Assembly: GCA_030601885.1 (NCBI GenBank)
Contig: JAUWAU010000022.1
Coordinates: 6,175-70,174 of the forward strand
Direction of reading: 5' to 3'
DNA from: Armatimonadota bacterium
GTDB taxonomy: Bacteria > Armatimonadota > Zipacnadia > JAUWAU01
Length of the DNA: 64,000 nucleotides
Shown: in pieces, positions 25,275 through 35,405 of the stretch
Numbering within the stretch: position 1 is the stretch's first letter
Layout: each line of letters starts with the position of its first letter
Notes under the pieces: generated by a model
What the model saw: only the letters and a program-made list of their open reading frames with translations
Database searches by the model: none
What the model was told of the DNA's origin: nothing
Program-made: the position numbers and the translations under genes

Positions 25275-26570
25275 TCAGAGGGTCTGCAGGAACCGGTCGA
25301 TCTGCCGGGCGGCCTGGGTGAAGCGCGTCTCTGCGAGGGACATTGCGTCGTTGAGATATGCGAGGGCTGTGTCGTGGTTGTTGTGGATGTCCATGAGGCG
25401 ACTGGCGACCTGGTCGCCGTCGGTCTGCTCGATCTCGAAGACCCATTTGGGGACGCCGATGTCGTACCACATCTGTCCCTTGATCGTGTCCTGGGGCTGG
25501 CGGAGGTAGATGGCGGGCGTGCCGTGGGCGAAGGCGATAATGGGTGAGTGGCACTCGAAGCTCAGAATGGCGCGGGCACGCCGGTAGACCGATCCGGCTT
25601 CGTCGGGGAGCCAGTACTCCTCGCGGCGAACCACGTGAGGCTTGACGTCGTCGGGCAGGGGATCGATGAGCAGCTCCTGGATGATGTCGAGCTCGTAGGT
25701 CATCTCGGGGCAGGCGAGCACCTTGTTGCCGGTCTCACGCACCCAGCGGATCATGGCTTCGCGAGCTTTCGCGTGGTCGAGCTCGGCCCACTTCTCGTTG
25801 AGCTCGGTCACCGAGTGGATCTTCTCCTCGGTCCACTTCACCCGGGGCTTGAACTTGTAGTACGGGGTCACGCGGAGGCGGGGCACGACGCAGATGAAGC
25901 GGCCCTCCTCGAGCCCGTGTGATTCCATGAACGCAGCCGCGCGGTCCTCGTCCCGCAGGTCGATGGCGAATGTCCCGTCGGGGCAGAATGCGCGCACGGG
26001 CTGCTCGACGCCGGCGTCCTTGAGGTGATCCAGGGATTTGGTCTCGCGGGTGTATATGAAGGCGGCCTGTGAGAGAATCCTGCGCGTGCGGTCGTCGGGA
26101 GTCTGGGTGGTGATGCCCCAGGCTCCGTACGGCTTGCCGGTGAACGCCAGCCACGCTTCGACATCGCGCGACGCCACCAGGCTCGGCCCGGAGCCATGGA
26201 GGAGGAGATGGGCCTGCTCGACGGCATTGGCGAGGGAGTCGTTGTCGGGTCCGTGCTTCGCGTCGAGCTTCCCGCTGACGATCTCGACCTGAGGAAACCG
26301 TCGATGGAGCATTGGCTCGACGCCGCGCTCCAGCGCGTTCGCCCAGAGGATCGCGCGATGGTGTGGGAGGAGCTCCTCGAGCAGCCTCAGCACGCCGGCC
26401 GTGTGAGCGATGTCGCCGATGTTCTCCGTCTGCCAGCCGGAACGGAGGAGCAACGTTCTGCGCGTGGGCTCAGTAGCCATCAGTCGGCTCGGACAGCCGC
26501 CGACGATCGCTGCCATGCCAGCGAGGAAGCGGCGGCGGGAGTGTTGGTTTGCATGGGTCTCTGGATGCAT
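25275..26570 (-). CDS. Polysaccharide pyruvyl transferase family protein with Tat-type signal
   Basis: MHPETHANQHSRRRFLAGMAAIVGG is a twin-arginine signal. The body (GWQTENIGDIAH...LLLHGSGP...) resembles the pyruvyl transferase fold. An alternative GTG start lies at 26594. Confidence 0.7.
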   Translation of the reverse strand: MHPETHANQHSRRRFLAGMAAIVGGCPSRLMATEPTRRTLLLRSGWQTENIGDIAHTAGVLRLLEELLPHHRAILWANALERGVEPMLHRRFPQVEIVSGKLDAKHGPDNDSLANAVEQAHLLLHGSGPSLVASRDVEAWLAFTGKPYGAWGITTQTPDDRTRRILSQAAFIYTRETKSLDHLKDAGVEQPVRAFCPDGTFAIDLRDEDRAAAFMESHGLEEGRFICVVPRLRVTPYYKFKPRVKWTEEKIHSVTELNEKWAELDHAKAREAMIRWVRETGNKVLACPEMTYELDIIQELLIDPLPDDVKPHVVRREEYWLPDEAGSVYRRARAILSFECHSPIIAFAHGTPAIYLRQPQDTIKGQMWYDIGVPKWVFEIEQTDGDQVASRLMDIHNNHDTALAYLNDAMSLAETRFTQAARQIDRFLQTL

Positions 26571-26607
26571 GGCTTGCTGGTCAAGTCGTGCCACACGGCG
26601 CGGTGCG

Positions 26608-27285
26608 TCACTTGGCCGGCTCGAGGGCGATGTTGCGGAACTCGATGGGCGCGCCTTCGCTCTGTAGGCAGATCTTGCCGCTGGTGACGTTGCAGTCGGT
26701 GGCTTCGTTCTGCAGCAGGCCGTTGATGGAGACGCGAATGGTGTCCCCCTGGCAGACGGCCTCGAAGACGTTCCACTCCCCCGGCGGCTTCTCGTTGCTC
26801 TCGTGCTTCTTGGGGACGCGGCGACCCTCGACCCCTATGTGCTCCTTGAGCTCCGTGCCGCCAATGAGCCAGAAGTCGCCGGCGTTGCCGTTCGCGAGTT
26901 GCCCCTCGATGCTCCGGGGCCAGACCTTGTCCGGTTCGCTCATGTGCATGAGCACGCCGCTGTTGCCGGGCTTCTCGCCCGCCCAGCGCCATTCGAGGCG
27001 GAGCTTATAGTTCGCGTAGTCAGTGGTGGTGCGGATGTATCCCCTGGGGTTGCCCACGCAGTGGATGACGCCGTCCTTGACCGACCACACCTCACTCACA
27101 TCGTAGTCCGGCTCCTTGAGGAACATCTTCCATCCGGTGAAGTCCTTGCCGTTGAACAGCTCGATCTTCTTCTGGGGCACGACGGGCGGCGCGCTGGTGC
27201 CTTCCGATGTCCCCTCCTGCGCCACGCCCACCGTCACGGCAAGCAATAGCAGGCCTAGCCCGGCGAGCAGTACTGTGCGCTTCAT
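26608..27285 (-). CDS. DUF1080 (3-keto-disaccharide hydrolase-like) secreted protein
   Basis: MKRTVLLAGLGLLLLAVTV is a signal peptide. LFNGKDFTGWK...VKDGVI...NYKLRLEWR...NSGV...ICLQSEGAPIEFRNI is the classic DUF1080 pattern. ATG at 27283-27285 follows GGAAAGGAGA. Confidence 0.85.
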   Translation of the reverse strand: MKRTVLLAGLGLLLLAVTVGVAQEGTSEGTSAPPVVPQKKIELFNGKDFTGWKMFLKEPDYDVSEVWSVKDGVIHCVGNPRGYIRTTTDYANYKLRLEWRWAGEKPGNSGVLMHMSEPDKVWPRSIEGQLANGNAGDFWLIGGTELKEHIGVEGRRVPKKHESNEKPPGEWNVFEAVCQGDTIRVSINGLLQNEATDCNVTSGKICLQSEGAPIEFRNIALEPAK

Positions 27286-27302
27286 CGTGGTCTCCTTTCC
27301 GT

Positions 27303-28586
27303 TCACAGCAGATCCCTGTAGTTGGCCACGACCTTGCCGAATGCCTCGATGTATTGATCCAAGAAGCCCTCCTTCGGGTCGATGTAGGCCGGCAGCCGCA
27401 GGACGCGCTCGTGGAGGCCCTCCGAGATGGGGAAGTCGCCGGGCTTGTGCGGCTTGAAGTTCTGGTTCAGCGGGTGGCGGTTGTTGCCCCAGATGTCGAA
27501 GCCCTCGGTGTAGATGGTCCGCAGGTGCTCCATGTGGCCGACCCCGGGGCCCGAGACGGGCGCACCCTCGGCGTGCACCGCCTGCACGAAACGCTTGGCG
27601 GGCAGTCCGTCGAGCTCCTCCGGGTTGTAGATGAGCCGCAGACCGCCGTAGAAGCCGGCCGGCCGGGCCTTCGGGTAGTCGTGAACCGGCTCGATGCCGG
27701 GAAGCTCCCGCAGCGCGTCGAAAATGATCTTGCGGTTCTGCCGGCGGCGCTCGTTGCGATACACGAGGGTGGAGAGCGATACCTTGGCGAGGGCCAATGC
27801 CAGTGGATGGGCCCGCCACTTCAGGCCGAGCACCTGGCTGTCGAGCTTCGCGTACTCGGGGAGGGTCAGCTCGTCCACGACACCCTTGCGGTGCAGATGG
27901 CAGAAGACGAGCTGGCGCTCGTACAGCTCCCGATCGTTGGTGCACACGATGCCGCCCTCGCCGCCGGAGACCGGCTTGCCGCCCGGGTCAGTTCCCTGGA
28001 GGCTGAAGCAGGCGATGTGGCCGACATTGCCGATCTTGTTGCCGTCCCATTCGGAGCCGTGTGCGTGAGCCGCATCCTCGACGACGACGATGTCGTGCTT
28101 CTCCGCCAGCGTCAACAGGCCGTCCATGTCGCACGGCCGGCCGCACATGTGAATGGGGATGATGGCCCGCGTGCGCTCCGTGATTCGCTTCTCCACGTCC
28201 GCCGGATCCATGAGCAGCGTCTTGGGGTCGATCTCGCAGAACACGGGGATGGCGCCCAGATGCAGCGCGCCGCAATAGGAGCCGATGTAGCCGGCCGTGG
28301 GCGTGATCACCTCATCCCCCGGGCCAATGCCGGCCGCCCACAGCGCACTGTGCAGCCCGGTGGAGCCGTGGTCAATGCTGAGGCAGTACTTGCAGCCGAT
28401 GAACTCCCGAAACTCCTCCTCGAACTCCAGCGGCAGGCCCGCTCCTGCGCCGGAAACAGCCCCCTCGTCCAGTAGCTTGCCCACGAGCTCCTTCTCCTTC
28501 TCAATCGGCCGCTTCCATTGCTCGCCGCTGCTGATAGTGACTACCGGCGTGCCGCCGAGCATTGCGAGCTGTGACGCGCTTGACAT
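27303..28586 (-). CDS. DegT/DnrJ/EryC1/StrS-family PLP-dependent aminotransferase
   Basis: 427-aa ORF; LGGTPV..., DEVITPT..., VVEDAAHAHGS are typical family motifs. ATG follows GAGGAG. Confidence 0.9.
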   Translation of the reverse strand: MSSASQLAMLGGTPVVTISSGEQWKRPIEKEKELVGKLLDEGAVSGAGAGLPLEFEEEFREFIGCKYCLSIDHGSTGLHSALWAAGIGPGDEVITPTAGYIGSYCGALHLGAIPVFCEIDPKTLLMDPADVEKRITERTRAIIPIHMCGRPCDMDGLLTLAEKHDIVVVEDAAHAHGSEWDGNKIGNVGHIACFSLQGTDPGGKPVSGGEGGIVCTNDRELYERQLVFCHLHRKGVVDELTLPEYAKLDSQVLGLKWRAHPLALALAKVSLSTLVYRNERRRQNRKIIFDALRELPGIEPVHDYPKARPAGFYGGLRLIYNPEELDGLPAKRFVQAVHAEGAPVSGPGVGHMEHLRTIYTEGFDIWGNNRHPLNQNFKPHKPGDFPISEGLHERVLRLPAYIDPKEGFLDQYIEAFGKVVANYRDLL

Positions 28587-28676
28587 CAGAATTGCACTCC
28601 TCTTCGGTGCGTATGGTCCATGCCGGAGCCCGAGTCCTCACGAGGAGGCCGACTCCTGGACCGTGGCTCTCGTGAG

Positions 28677-29750
28677 CTAATCGTAGCTTGGCGGTGCTGG
28701 TGGCTCGACTCCGGGTGGCGGCGGAGGCGGCTCCTCTCGCCACCGTCGCAGGCGGAAGTCCACCATCGTTGTGCTGCGCGGTCGAACGCCGATCTCCCGG
28801 CTTTGCGGGGCGTACCCCTCCGCGAACACTCTGACGACCGCTGGGCCGGCGGGCACGTTGAGGCTGTAGTGGCCACGGGCGTTCGTAAGCGTCGAGAACT
28901 CCGGCCGTATCGGCGGCGGGAAGATGTCCGGCGTCACCCCTATGGCGTCGGCCACTTCCTCCAGTTCGTCATCGAGGATAATGGGCCACCACGGGAGCTC
29001 CGGCGTCACTGTCACGCGGGCGCCTTCGAGAGGTATGGCGCCGGTCTCGTTCATGCCGTACACTCTGCCCTCGACCGTACCCACGCCCTCCGGGGGCGCG
29101 GGCCAGAGCACGAAGTCGGCCACGGCGGTGTGACCCGGCTCGACGTGGACGAATCTGATGCCGCCTCGCAGGCCCGGCACTGATACCGTGACGACGTACC
29201 CGCCCGGCGGCACGGCGCGCATGTCGTAGACGCCGTCCTCGTCGGTAAAGACCACGATGGGTGGCTCATCGCTCGGGGTCGGCAGCTCGTCGTTGCGGCC
29301 GCCGCTGTCGAGATACAACGGCCCCGGTGTCGCCACGACTTCGACGTCCGGAAGCGGCTCCAGCAGGCCGTTCTCCGTGCGCTTGGTCACCGTGCCGGTG
29401 ATGCGGCCGCCGAGCCTCGGGTCGAGCGTGCCGAGGTCCGTGTCCTGCCCCTCCTGAACGACCACTGCAGCATAGACTCCCCAGATGCCATCGGGCGCGA
29501 TGAGGCAGATGACGTGCTCCCCGGGCGCAACGCCGGGCACGCGAAATGCGCCGCTGGCGTTCGGACGCCGGGTCAGCTCCTGTCCGTCCAGGTAGATGGT
29601 GTAGCCTTGCGGCTGGCTGTCAGCGGCCAGCGTGCCCACGATGCTGCCGCCGGTCGGTGGGTTCAGTGCTTCATGCGACGATCCGCCGCACCCGACTAGC
29701 AGCAGCACAAGAGCGAGCAGCAGGCCAGAACACGGCAGGGCGCTTCTCAT
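28677..29750 (-). CDS. Lipoprotein with carboxypeptidase-regulatory-like (Ig/prealbumin-fold) repeats and a Pro-rich tail
   Basis: MRSALPCSGLLLALVLLLVGCGG is a lipobox. Repeated G-x-V...DGxY...PGxY segments follow. ATG at 29748-29750. The upstream track ORF extension was rejected. Confidence 0.65.
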   Translation of the reverse strand: MRSALPCSGLLLALVLLLVGCGGSSHEALNPPTGGSIVGTLAADSQPQGYTIYLDGQELTRRPNASGAFRVPGVAPGEHVICLIAPDGIWGVYAAVVVQEGQDTDLGTLDPRLGGRITGTVTKRTENGLLEPLPDVEVVATPGPLYLDSGGRNDELPTPSDEPPIVVFTDEDGVYDMRAVPPGGYVVTVSVPGLRGGIRFVHVEPGHTAVADFVLWPAPPEGVGTVEGRVYGMNETGAIPLEGARVTVTPELPWWPIILDDELEEVADAIGVTPDIFPPPIRPEFSTLTNARGHYSLNVPAGPAVVRVFAEGYAPQSREIGVRPRSTTMVDFRLRRWREEPPPPPPGVEPPAPPSYD

Positions 29751-29984
29751 ACCTACTCCCTCCTCATACGAGCAGTGCTCGGTGTTCAGTTGTGCGCCGG
29801 CTGTCCCTACTGATCTCAGCGACCGGTACCGGCAGCTCGCGCCATGGCCCAAGGCGGTTGCCTCTCGGAACAGGTCTTCGCCGTGAGGCCCCACAAGCCC
29901 TTCAGCAGTGACTTCAATTGCTACCATCAGTTGCCCCGGTCGCGAGTGGAGGAGCATCGCGTCAGTGGGAGGAAGCACCGCAGC

Positions 29985-30932
29985 GTGGCCGAGCGGATCT
30001 GCATTTGCATCGCCAACTACAACCAGGGCGAATGGCTGCAGCGGGCGATCGACTCGATCCTCCGCAGCACCATCGCCGACGCCGTCGAGATCGTGGTAGT
30101 GGACAGTGGCTCCACGCGGGACGGCGTCGCGGCTGCTCGCGAGCGATTTCCGCAGCCCCGATACATCGAAATGGGCCGCAATTGCGGGTATTCGACGGCA
30201 TTGAACCGGGGGCTCGCGGAGACAGATGCGCCGATCGTCGTGTGTGCCAATGCGGATATCGAGTTCTCCCCAGGCACCTTGGAGCTACTGCGCGACGTAC
30301 TGTTGAGCCACGGGAATGCGGCCGGCGCGGCGCCGCGATTTGTGTTCGGCGACGGCGCGGCGCAGCCGAGCGTTGAGGCCTTCCCATCCCTCTGGCAGGT
30401 CCTGCGCATGGCGCTGGTGCCAGGGACGCGAACGCGGCCGGCTCCCGAGATGGGCGGCCCAGTTCCGGTGGAGACATCGGTTGGGGCGTGCGTCATGTAC
30501 CGGCGTGAGTGTCTCGAGGAGGTCGCCGGATTCGACGAGCGTTTCTTCCTATACTACGAGGAGGTGGACTTGCATCGCCGCCTCCGAGGCGCCGGATACG
30601 GGCTCGTGGTGGCGCCGGAAGCCGTCGTGGTGCACCATGGGGGTCGCGCTACCGGGGGGGCAACGGCCACGACCGTGCGGCAGCATCTGGCAAGCCTCTT
30701 CTACTACCTGCGCAAGCATGACGGCCGCGGGCAGGAGCTGCTCGGCCGGACGATTCTCGCCATCGGCTACCTGGCCCGCCTGGCGGTCAGCATTGCGCTG
30801 CTGCCGGTGATGTTGGTGGTGGCGCTCGCGCGTCGCGCGAATCCTCTGGGCGCGCTGGCGAAGTACGCATCGCTGCTGTCCTGCTGCGTGCGTGGGTGGA
30901 CGGAGACAGAGCGGGGCGTAGAGCCCAGGTGA
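29985..30932 (+). CDS. GT2-family glycosyltransferase
   Basis: VAERICICIANYNQGEWLQRAIDSIL...VVDSGSTRDG...NCGYSTALNRG...ANADIEF are GT-A motifs. GTG at 29985 lies 9 nt after GGGAGGAAG. ATG at 29844 is an alternative start. Confidence 0.8.
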   Translation: MAERICICIANYNQGEWLQRAIDSILRSTIADAVEIVVVDSGSTRDGVAAARERFPQPRYIEMGRNCGYSTALNRGLAETDAPIVVCANADIEFSPGTLELLRDVLLSHGNAAGAAPRFVFGDGAAQPSVEAFPSLWQVLRMALVPGTRTRPAPEMGGPVPVETSVGACVMYRRECLEEVAGFDERFFLYYEEVDLHRRLRGAGYGLVVAPEAVVVHHGGRATGGATATTVRQHLASLFYYLRKHDGRGQELLGRTILAIGYLARLAVSIALLPVMLVVALARRANPLGALAKYASLLSCCVRGWTETERGVEPR

Positions 30933-31100
30933 CGAGCGCCTGCCGGTTCCGGCGGGAGGCAGGTGCGATGTCGCGGAAGATCGGCTGGCTGCGACCAAGA
31001 AAAAGCGGAGCAGCAGATTGGTGCCTGCTGCTCCGTGAACAGTACCGCGCCTGCTATGCGGGCGAGAGCGTACTGTGCCCACTATGAGCCGGATGATGGC

Positions 31101-31397
31101 CTATGTGCCGCTCTCTTTCAGCATGTCGTCCGCAAGTTGCTCGGCGTCCACCTCATACACGCCGTCCTGTACAGCCTGCCGGAGTGCATTCACTTTCTCC
31201 TGCCGCACCGGGGCAAGCTTCGCCAACGCATCGCGGGCAAGCTGGACCTCCTGCGCACGCGCTGAGAGGCTGACTCGATCAGCCTCTGGCGGCGCCTCGG
31301 CAGGCTCGGCCCCCTCGACCTTGTCTGCAGGTGTCGGCTCCGTCGGGCCGACAGGCTCCGGCTCGATCGGCCGAACTCCCTCTGGATCAATCTTCAC
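31101..31397 (-). CDS. flgM: Anti-sigma-28 factor FlgM family protein
   Basis: 98 aa. The C-terminus VRQEKVNALRQAVQDGVYEVDAEQLADDML matches the FlgM C-terminal sigma-28 binding helix pattern. GTG start follows AGGAGGG. Confidence 0.7.
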   Translation of the reverse strand: MKIDPEGVRPIEPEPVGPTEPTPADKVEGAEPAEAPPEADRVSLSARAQEVQLARDALAKLAPVRQEKVNALRQAVQDGVYEVDAEQLADDMLKESGT

Positions 31398-31906
31398 GCA
31401 ATCACACCCTCCTGCGCGCCGCAGCCCCCTCGCTCCCGAGCGTCGTAAGGATTATCCGCAGAGGAGTCATACATCGTGTCGCGGCGATGTCAATTTGCCG
31501 TTACGGTTTGCCTCCGAACGGCTCGACCAACTCACTTTAGACAGCAGACCATAGCGCTCGCGCCTGCTTGGCCCGGCTCTTCGAATGCCTGCCGCAACAA
31601 GCGGGTGCATTAGCGCCGCGCGCAACCGGCATTCGGCTCTCAGTTTCGCCCAGTGGGGAGCTGAGCAACGCCGACATTTTCTATGTTCGCCGCAGCCGTA
31701 TCCGGCTCCTTCCTCCGTGTGACATGCAGGCACGCGGAGGTAGGTGGCGCGCGGGGCGGTACAGCGACCTCGCGGATTCGCAGACCGCGGCTCCGGAGCC
31801 GCATCGGCTACGCTCTGAGCCACGACGGGTGGTTCATGTCTGGCGGTGGCGGAGCCAAGTGGCTTGAAGTTGAGACGGGGTCGAATCCTGTCCCACAGCG
31901 TGTCGC

Positions 31907-32950
31907 TCAGGGCGTGGTGCCGCGGGAGTGGCCGCGCGTGCCCAGCGCCCGCACTGTGACAGCGCGGATGGGCCCGATTTGCTCCGGACGCAACTGGCCC
32001 ACGAGGGTGAAGTGCAGTGGCCCGGCAATCCATTCGCTGGTCGTGGCCGTGTGGTGCAGGTTGATGGGACGGTTGGGCCGCCTGCGCTGGAAGAGCGAGA
32101 AGACATCGATGCCGTTGCCGAACCGCAGCCAGGCCACCTTGGCACCCTCCTCCTCGAAGACGGCGACCCTGTCTGACAGGAGCTTGAAGCCGGTAGGCAG
32201 GACCGCCGATGGCGGCACGAAGATAGCGAATCCCACGGCGTCATGCGCTCGGTGCAACGGAAGCTCCTGAAGAGGACCGGGGACCCTTTTCACCACCACG
32301 CCAGCCGGGGCCCGCCAGTCGAATATGTTCTCCGTCAATGTCGGGCTGTAGGTAATGCTCACAAAGCGCTCTCGCTGACTCGGCGTTCCGTCTGACCAGT
32401 ATCGTTCCTTCTTCAACTCGACCCATTTCTCGCGATCAATCCAATACTGACGTAGGAGTGCGTTGCTCTGCCGAGCGCTTATCTTGACCAGCCAGGTTGG
32501 TCGCCCGGCGACGAGGCCGCCATCACCCAGGGTGAAGGCGATCTGGCTCTGTAGCTCGCGGATCTCTCTCAGGCGCCGGCCTTTCTCTTCCGCGCGCAGC
32601 GGCAGGATTTCCCGAAAGGCAATCCGGGCCCGCGGATCGTATCGCCATCGTGTTGCACCATCACAAACGATGAGGGCGCCCTTGTGGCTCGGCGGGGAAA
32701 GGGTCTCGATGCGGTAGCGACCGCCACTGTCCCTGACGATCTTTTGGCGCACGACTCTGGATCGGCCGCGCCGGAGCGACTCGATCTCGCGCTCGCCTGA
32801 TAGCGTGACGTCGCCCTCCGCCTTGATTTTGGCCTCGAGGACCTGCAGCGCGGTGCGCTTGGGTTCGTTCGCCCTCTGTGCCAAAACGGGCAAGCTGACG
32901 AGAATCCCGAGCGCCGATAGCCCAAGCCAGTTTCTGACTCTCATCTCCAT
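31907..32950 (-). CDS. LolA/RseB(MucB)-like periplasmic protein with C-terminal DUF4367-like region
   Basis: Signal peptide (WLGLSALGILVSLPVLAQ). It sits immediately downstream of the anti-sigma gene, with only a 4-nt gap. The beta-rich body is typical of outer-membrane lipoprotein-sorting-like folds. Confidence 0.55.
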   Translation of the reverse strand: MEMRVRNWLGLSALGILVSLPVLAQRANEPKRTALQVLEAKIKAEGDVTLSGEREIESLRRGRSRVVRQKIVRDSGGRYRIETLSPPSHKGALIVCDGATRWRYDPRARIAFREILPLRAEEKGRRLREIRELQSQIAFTLGDGGLVAGRPTWLVKISARQSNALLRQYWIDREKWVELKKERYWSDGTPSQRERFVSITYSPTLTENIFDWRAPAGVVVKRVPGPLQELPLHRAHDAVGFAIFVPPSAVLPTGFKLLSDRVAVFEEEGAKVAWLRFGNGIDVFSLFQRRRPNRPINLHHTATTSEWIAGPLHFTLVGQLRPEQIGPIRAVTVRALGTRGHSRGTTP

Positions 32951-32954
32951 CGAC

Positions 32955-33464
32955 CTACGTGCCGTTCTCGTAGCTGGCATAGATTAGCGCCCGGTCGTCG
33001 AAGGGCAAAGTAGTCGCGACGAACCTGCGATGGCGCTCCACCACGGTTGTCAGGTAGTCGTCGGTGGCGGTGGCGGTCACTTCCGGGCCGAGTGTAGGCG
33101 TCTCGCCCGTGCGATTCAGCACGCCCACGAGACTCACCGCCACAACCAACACCGCAACTCCGGCGGTCGCCGCCTGCCACCTGAGCTGCGAATCCAGCAG
33201 CCACTGCATGGCCCGGCGGAGCACTCCCGGAGCACCCAGTTGCTGCCGTTCTCGCAGCCTGAGGACGAGGGCGGGCATGAACTCGTCCGACGTTCGCCCG
33301 TGCGGCAGCTCCGCCACCAGTTTCTTGGTGCGCTGCATCTCGCCCAGCAGGGCGGAGCACTCGTTACACGAGTCCACATGCTCATCCACTCGCGCCCGTT
33401 CGCCAGGCGAGCAAGCGTCGTCGATGTATGCTGACAGCAGTCGTCTGACCTTCCTGCACGACAT
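32955..33464 (-). CDS. Anti-sigma factor (zf-HC2 type), single-pass membrane protein
   Basis: MSCRKVRRLLSAYIDDACSPGERARVDEHVDSCNECSALLGEM carries the H-x3-C-x2-C zinc motif. A TM helix (ATAGVAVLVVAVSLVGVL) is also present. Confidence 0.8.
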   Translation of the reverse strand: MSCRKVRRLLSAYIDDACSPGERARVDEHVDSCNECSALLGEMQRTKKLVAELPHGRTSDEFMPALVLRLRERQQLGAPGVLRRAMQWLLDSQLRWQAATAGVAVLVVAVSLVGVLNRTGETPTLGPEVTATATDDYLTTVVERHRRFVATTLPFDDRALIYASYENGT

Positions 33465-33560
33465 TTGCCTTAGTCTCCCATTCGGCTCGACCGCCCCCGC
33501 CGCTCCCCATTGGGCAGCGCCTTGGTTGGTCCTCTGCGGTCTGATGCCTCCGGCCTGTTC

Positions 33561-34142
33561 TTATTGTTCCACGTATCGCGTCAACCGCTGCCTGAGCGCC
33601 ATGCGGGCATTGAACAGACGGCTCTTCACGGTGCCCAGCGGCACCCCGAGCACCTCGGCGATCTCCTCGTACGAGAGTCCCTGGATGTCGAACAGCACGA
33701 TCACAACGCGCAACTTCTGCGACAGCGCACTGATGGCTTGCTGCACCTCGAGCTGCAGCTCCCGCCTTGCCACTGCCTCATGCGGCTCGGGCACCGTGTC
33801 GGCCAGCTCTCTTGGTACGGAACTGTCGCCTGTCTCGATGGGCGCATCCAGAGGCAGAGCCGGCGGCCCGGCACGTCGCCTCTTGCGCAGCATGTCCAGG
33901 GCCATGTTCGTCGCTATTTTGTAGAGCCACGTCTGAAACGTCGCCGTGCCCCGAAAACGGCGCATAGCCACAAAGGCGCGAATGAAGACCTCCTGCGTTA
34001 AGTCCTCCGCATCAGGCGCGTCGCCACACAGCCGCGCGACGTAATTGTATATCCTATCCTTGTACTTGGCGGCGAGGCGCGCGAACGCCTCCGCATCGCC
34101 CTGCTTAGCCCGTTGCACCAGGGCGATATCGCCGTTCGGCAT
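33561..34142 (-). CDS. ECF (sigma-24/sigma-E family) RNA polymerase sigma factor
   Basis: LVQRAKQGDAEAFARL...DAEDLTQEVFIRAF is region 2. LSYEEIAEVLGVPLGTVKSRL is the region 4 HTH. Confidence 0.9.
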   Translation of the reverse strand: MPNGDIALVQRAKQGDAEAFARLAAKYKDRIYNYVARLCGDAPDAEDLTQEVFIRAFVAMRRFRGTATFQTWLYKIATNMALDMLRKRRRAGPPALPLDAPIETGDSSVPRELADTVPEPHEAVARRELQLEVQQAISALSQKLRVVIVLFDIQGLSYEEIAEVLGVPLGTVKSRLFNARMALRQRLTRYVEQ

Positions 34143-34193
34143 CCTCTGCGTCCTTTGCTCGTCTTTTCATAGACGTTCGCGACAGCCTTGTGT

Positions 34194-35171
34194 TCATTCT
34201 TCGCGGCCAGTCTTGTCGGGCGGCTCACCGGCGTAGATGTAGCGCTCCAGGAGCGGCTGCCAGTCCGACCAGGTGCGTCCGTCGGCTGCGGCTTGCTCCG
34301 CTACGTCGCTGAACTGGCGTACCTTGGCGTCCATGATGTCGGCGTGGTGCAGCGCGATGGCCTCGGCCGTCATTGGCACAATGGGCGCGCCCCATTCTCG
34401 CTGGCCGTGGTGGCTGAGGATGATGTGCCGCAGCAACATGCCGAGCTGCGGCGGGAAGCCGTCCACGGCGTCAATGGCCTGGTGCACGAGTTGGTCGCCG
34501 ATAACCACGTGGCCGATCAGACGACCCTCGTCGGTGTAGTCGATGTCCATCTCGTACTGCAGCTCCGTCATTTTGCCGATGTCGTGCAGCAGCGCCGCGC
34601 TGAGCAGCAGGTCCCGGTTGAGCTGCGGATGCACGTCGCACACTCGCTCACAGACCTGCGTGACCTCCACGACGTGTTCGAGCAGGCCGCCGAGGTAGGC
34701 GTGGTGCAGGCGCTTCGCCCCCGGCGCTTTCGTGAACATCGCCACGAACGCCTCGTCGTTGAAGAACGATTCCAGAAGCTGGCGCAGATGCGGGTCCTGG
34801 GTCTCTCGTATCGTCCGCTGAATCTCCCCCACGAACTCCGCGGTATCGCGCGTCGTGGCCGCGATGTAGTCCTCCGGGTCGATGTCCTCTTCGCGGCACT
34901 TCCGAAGGCGGTCGATGATAATCTGCGGCGTGCCCTGGTACTCGTCCACGCGGCCGCGGATCAGGATGACGTCGCCGGCCTCGAAGCGCTCCGCGAGCTG
35001 CTCGGCGTTGTCCCACGCCTTTGCCTGGATCTCGCCGGTCTTGTCGGCGAGTGCGATGGCGAGGTAGTGGCCCGGCTTGTTGCGGAAGGGGACGAGCGAC
35101 TTGCTCCTCGCCAGGAATGGGCCCTCGATGGGTTTGTGCGGCTCTAGATCGCGCACGTAGACCTTCGCCAT
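34194..35171 (-). CDS. OB-fold + HD-domain 3'-5' exoribonuclease (YhaM-like)
   Basis: The N-terminal OB region is LAIALADKTGEIQAKAWD...VILIRGRVDEYQG. The HD domain is HHAYLGGLLEH...LLHDIGK...SHHG. Confidence 0.8.
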   Translation of the reverse strand: MAKVYVRDLEPHKPIEGPFLARSKSLVPFRNKPGHYLAIALADKTGEIQAKAWDNAEQLAERFEAGDVILIRGRVDEYQGTPQIIIDRLRKCREEDIDPEDYIAATTRDTAEFVGEIQRTIRETQDPHLRQLLESFFNDEAFVAMFTKAPGAKRLHHAYLGGLLEHVVEVTQVCERVCDVHPQLNRDLLLSAALLHDIGKMTELQYEMDIDYTDEGRLIGHVVIGDQLVHQAIDAVDGFPPQLGMLLRHIILSHHGQREWGAPIVPMTAEAIALHHADIMDAKVRQFSDVAEQAAADGRTWSDWQPLLERYIYAGEPPDKTGREE

Positions 35172-35405
35172 TGTCCGTTTGCTCCTCTGAATGCCACGCT
35201 TCGCCACGGCTGTTGCGTTGCCACTCTGGTACCTACTTGCATAGGTCCGCAGTAGAACTGTCGGGCTAGAAGGGACTCCGCCGAGGACTCCGCTGAAGCT
35301 ACGTCCTCCGCGAAGGCGGAAGCTTCGTCCCTCTCGCGAAGGCGGAAGCCCGACCTACGCGGAGCTGGGTCGCGCCAGGCCCACGCTGGCGCCTCCACCC
35401 GCGTA

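Noticed and set aside
26608-27945. 445-aa ORF (N-terminal 220 codons upstream of the DUF1080 gene)
   Set aside because: The upstream part overlaps the DegT aminotransferase gene in another frame. The true start with a signal peptide and RBS is at 27285.
31868-31892. T-arm-like sequence ACGGG-GTCGAAT-CCTGT
   Set aside because: No matching acceptor, D or anticodon arms lie upstream. It sits at the 3' end of the RseB/LolA-like gene, so it is not a tRNA.
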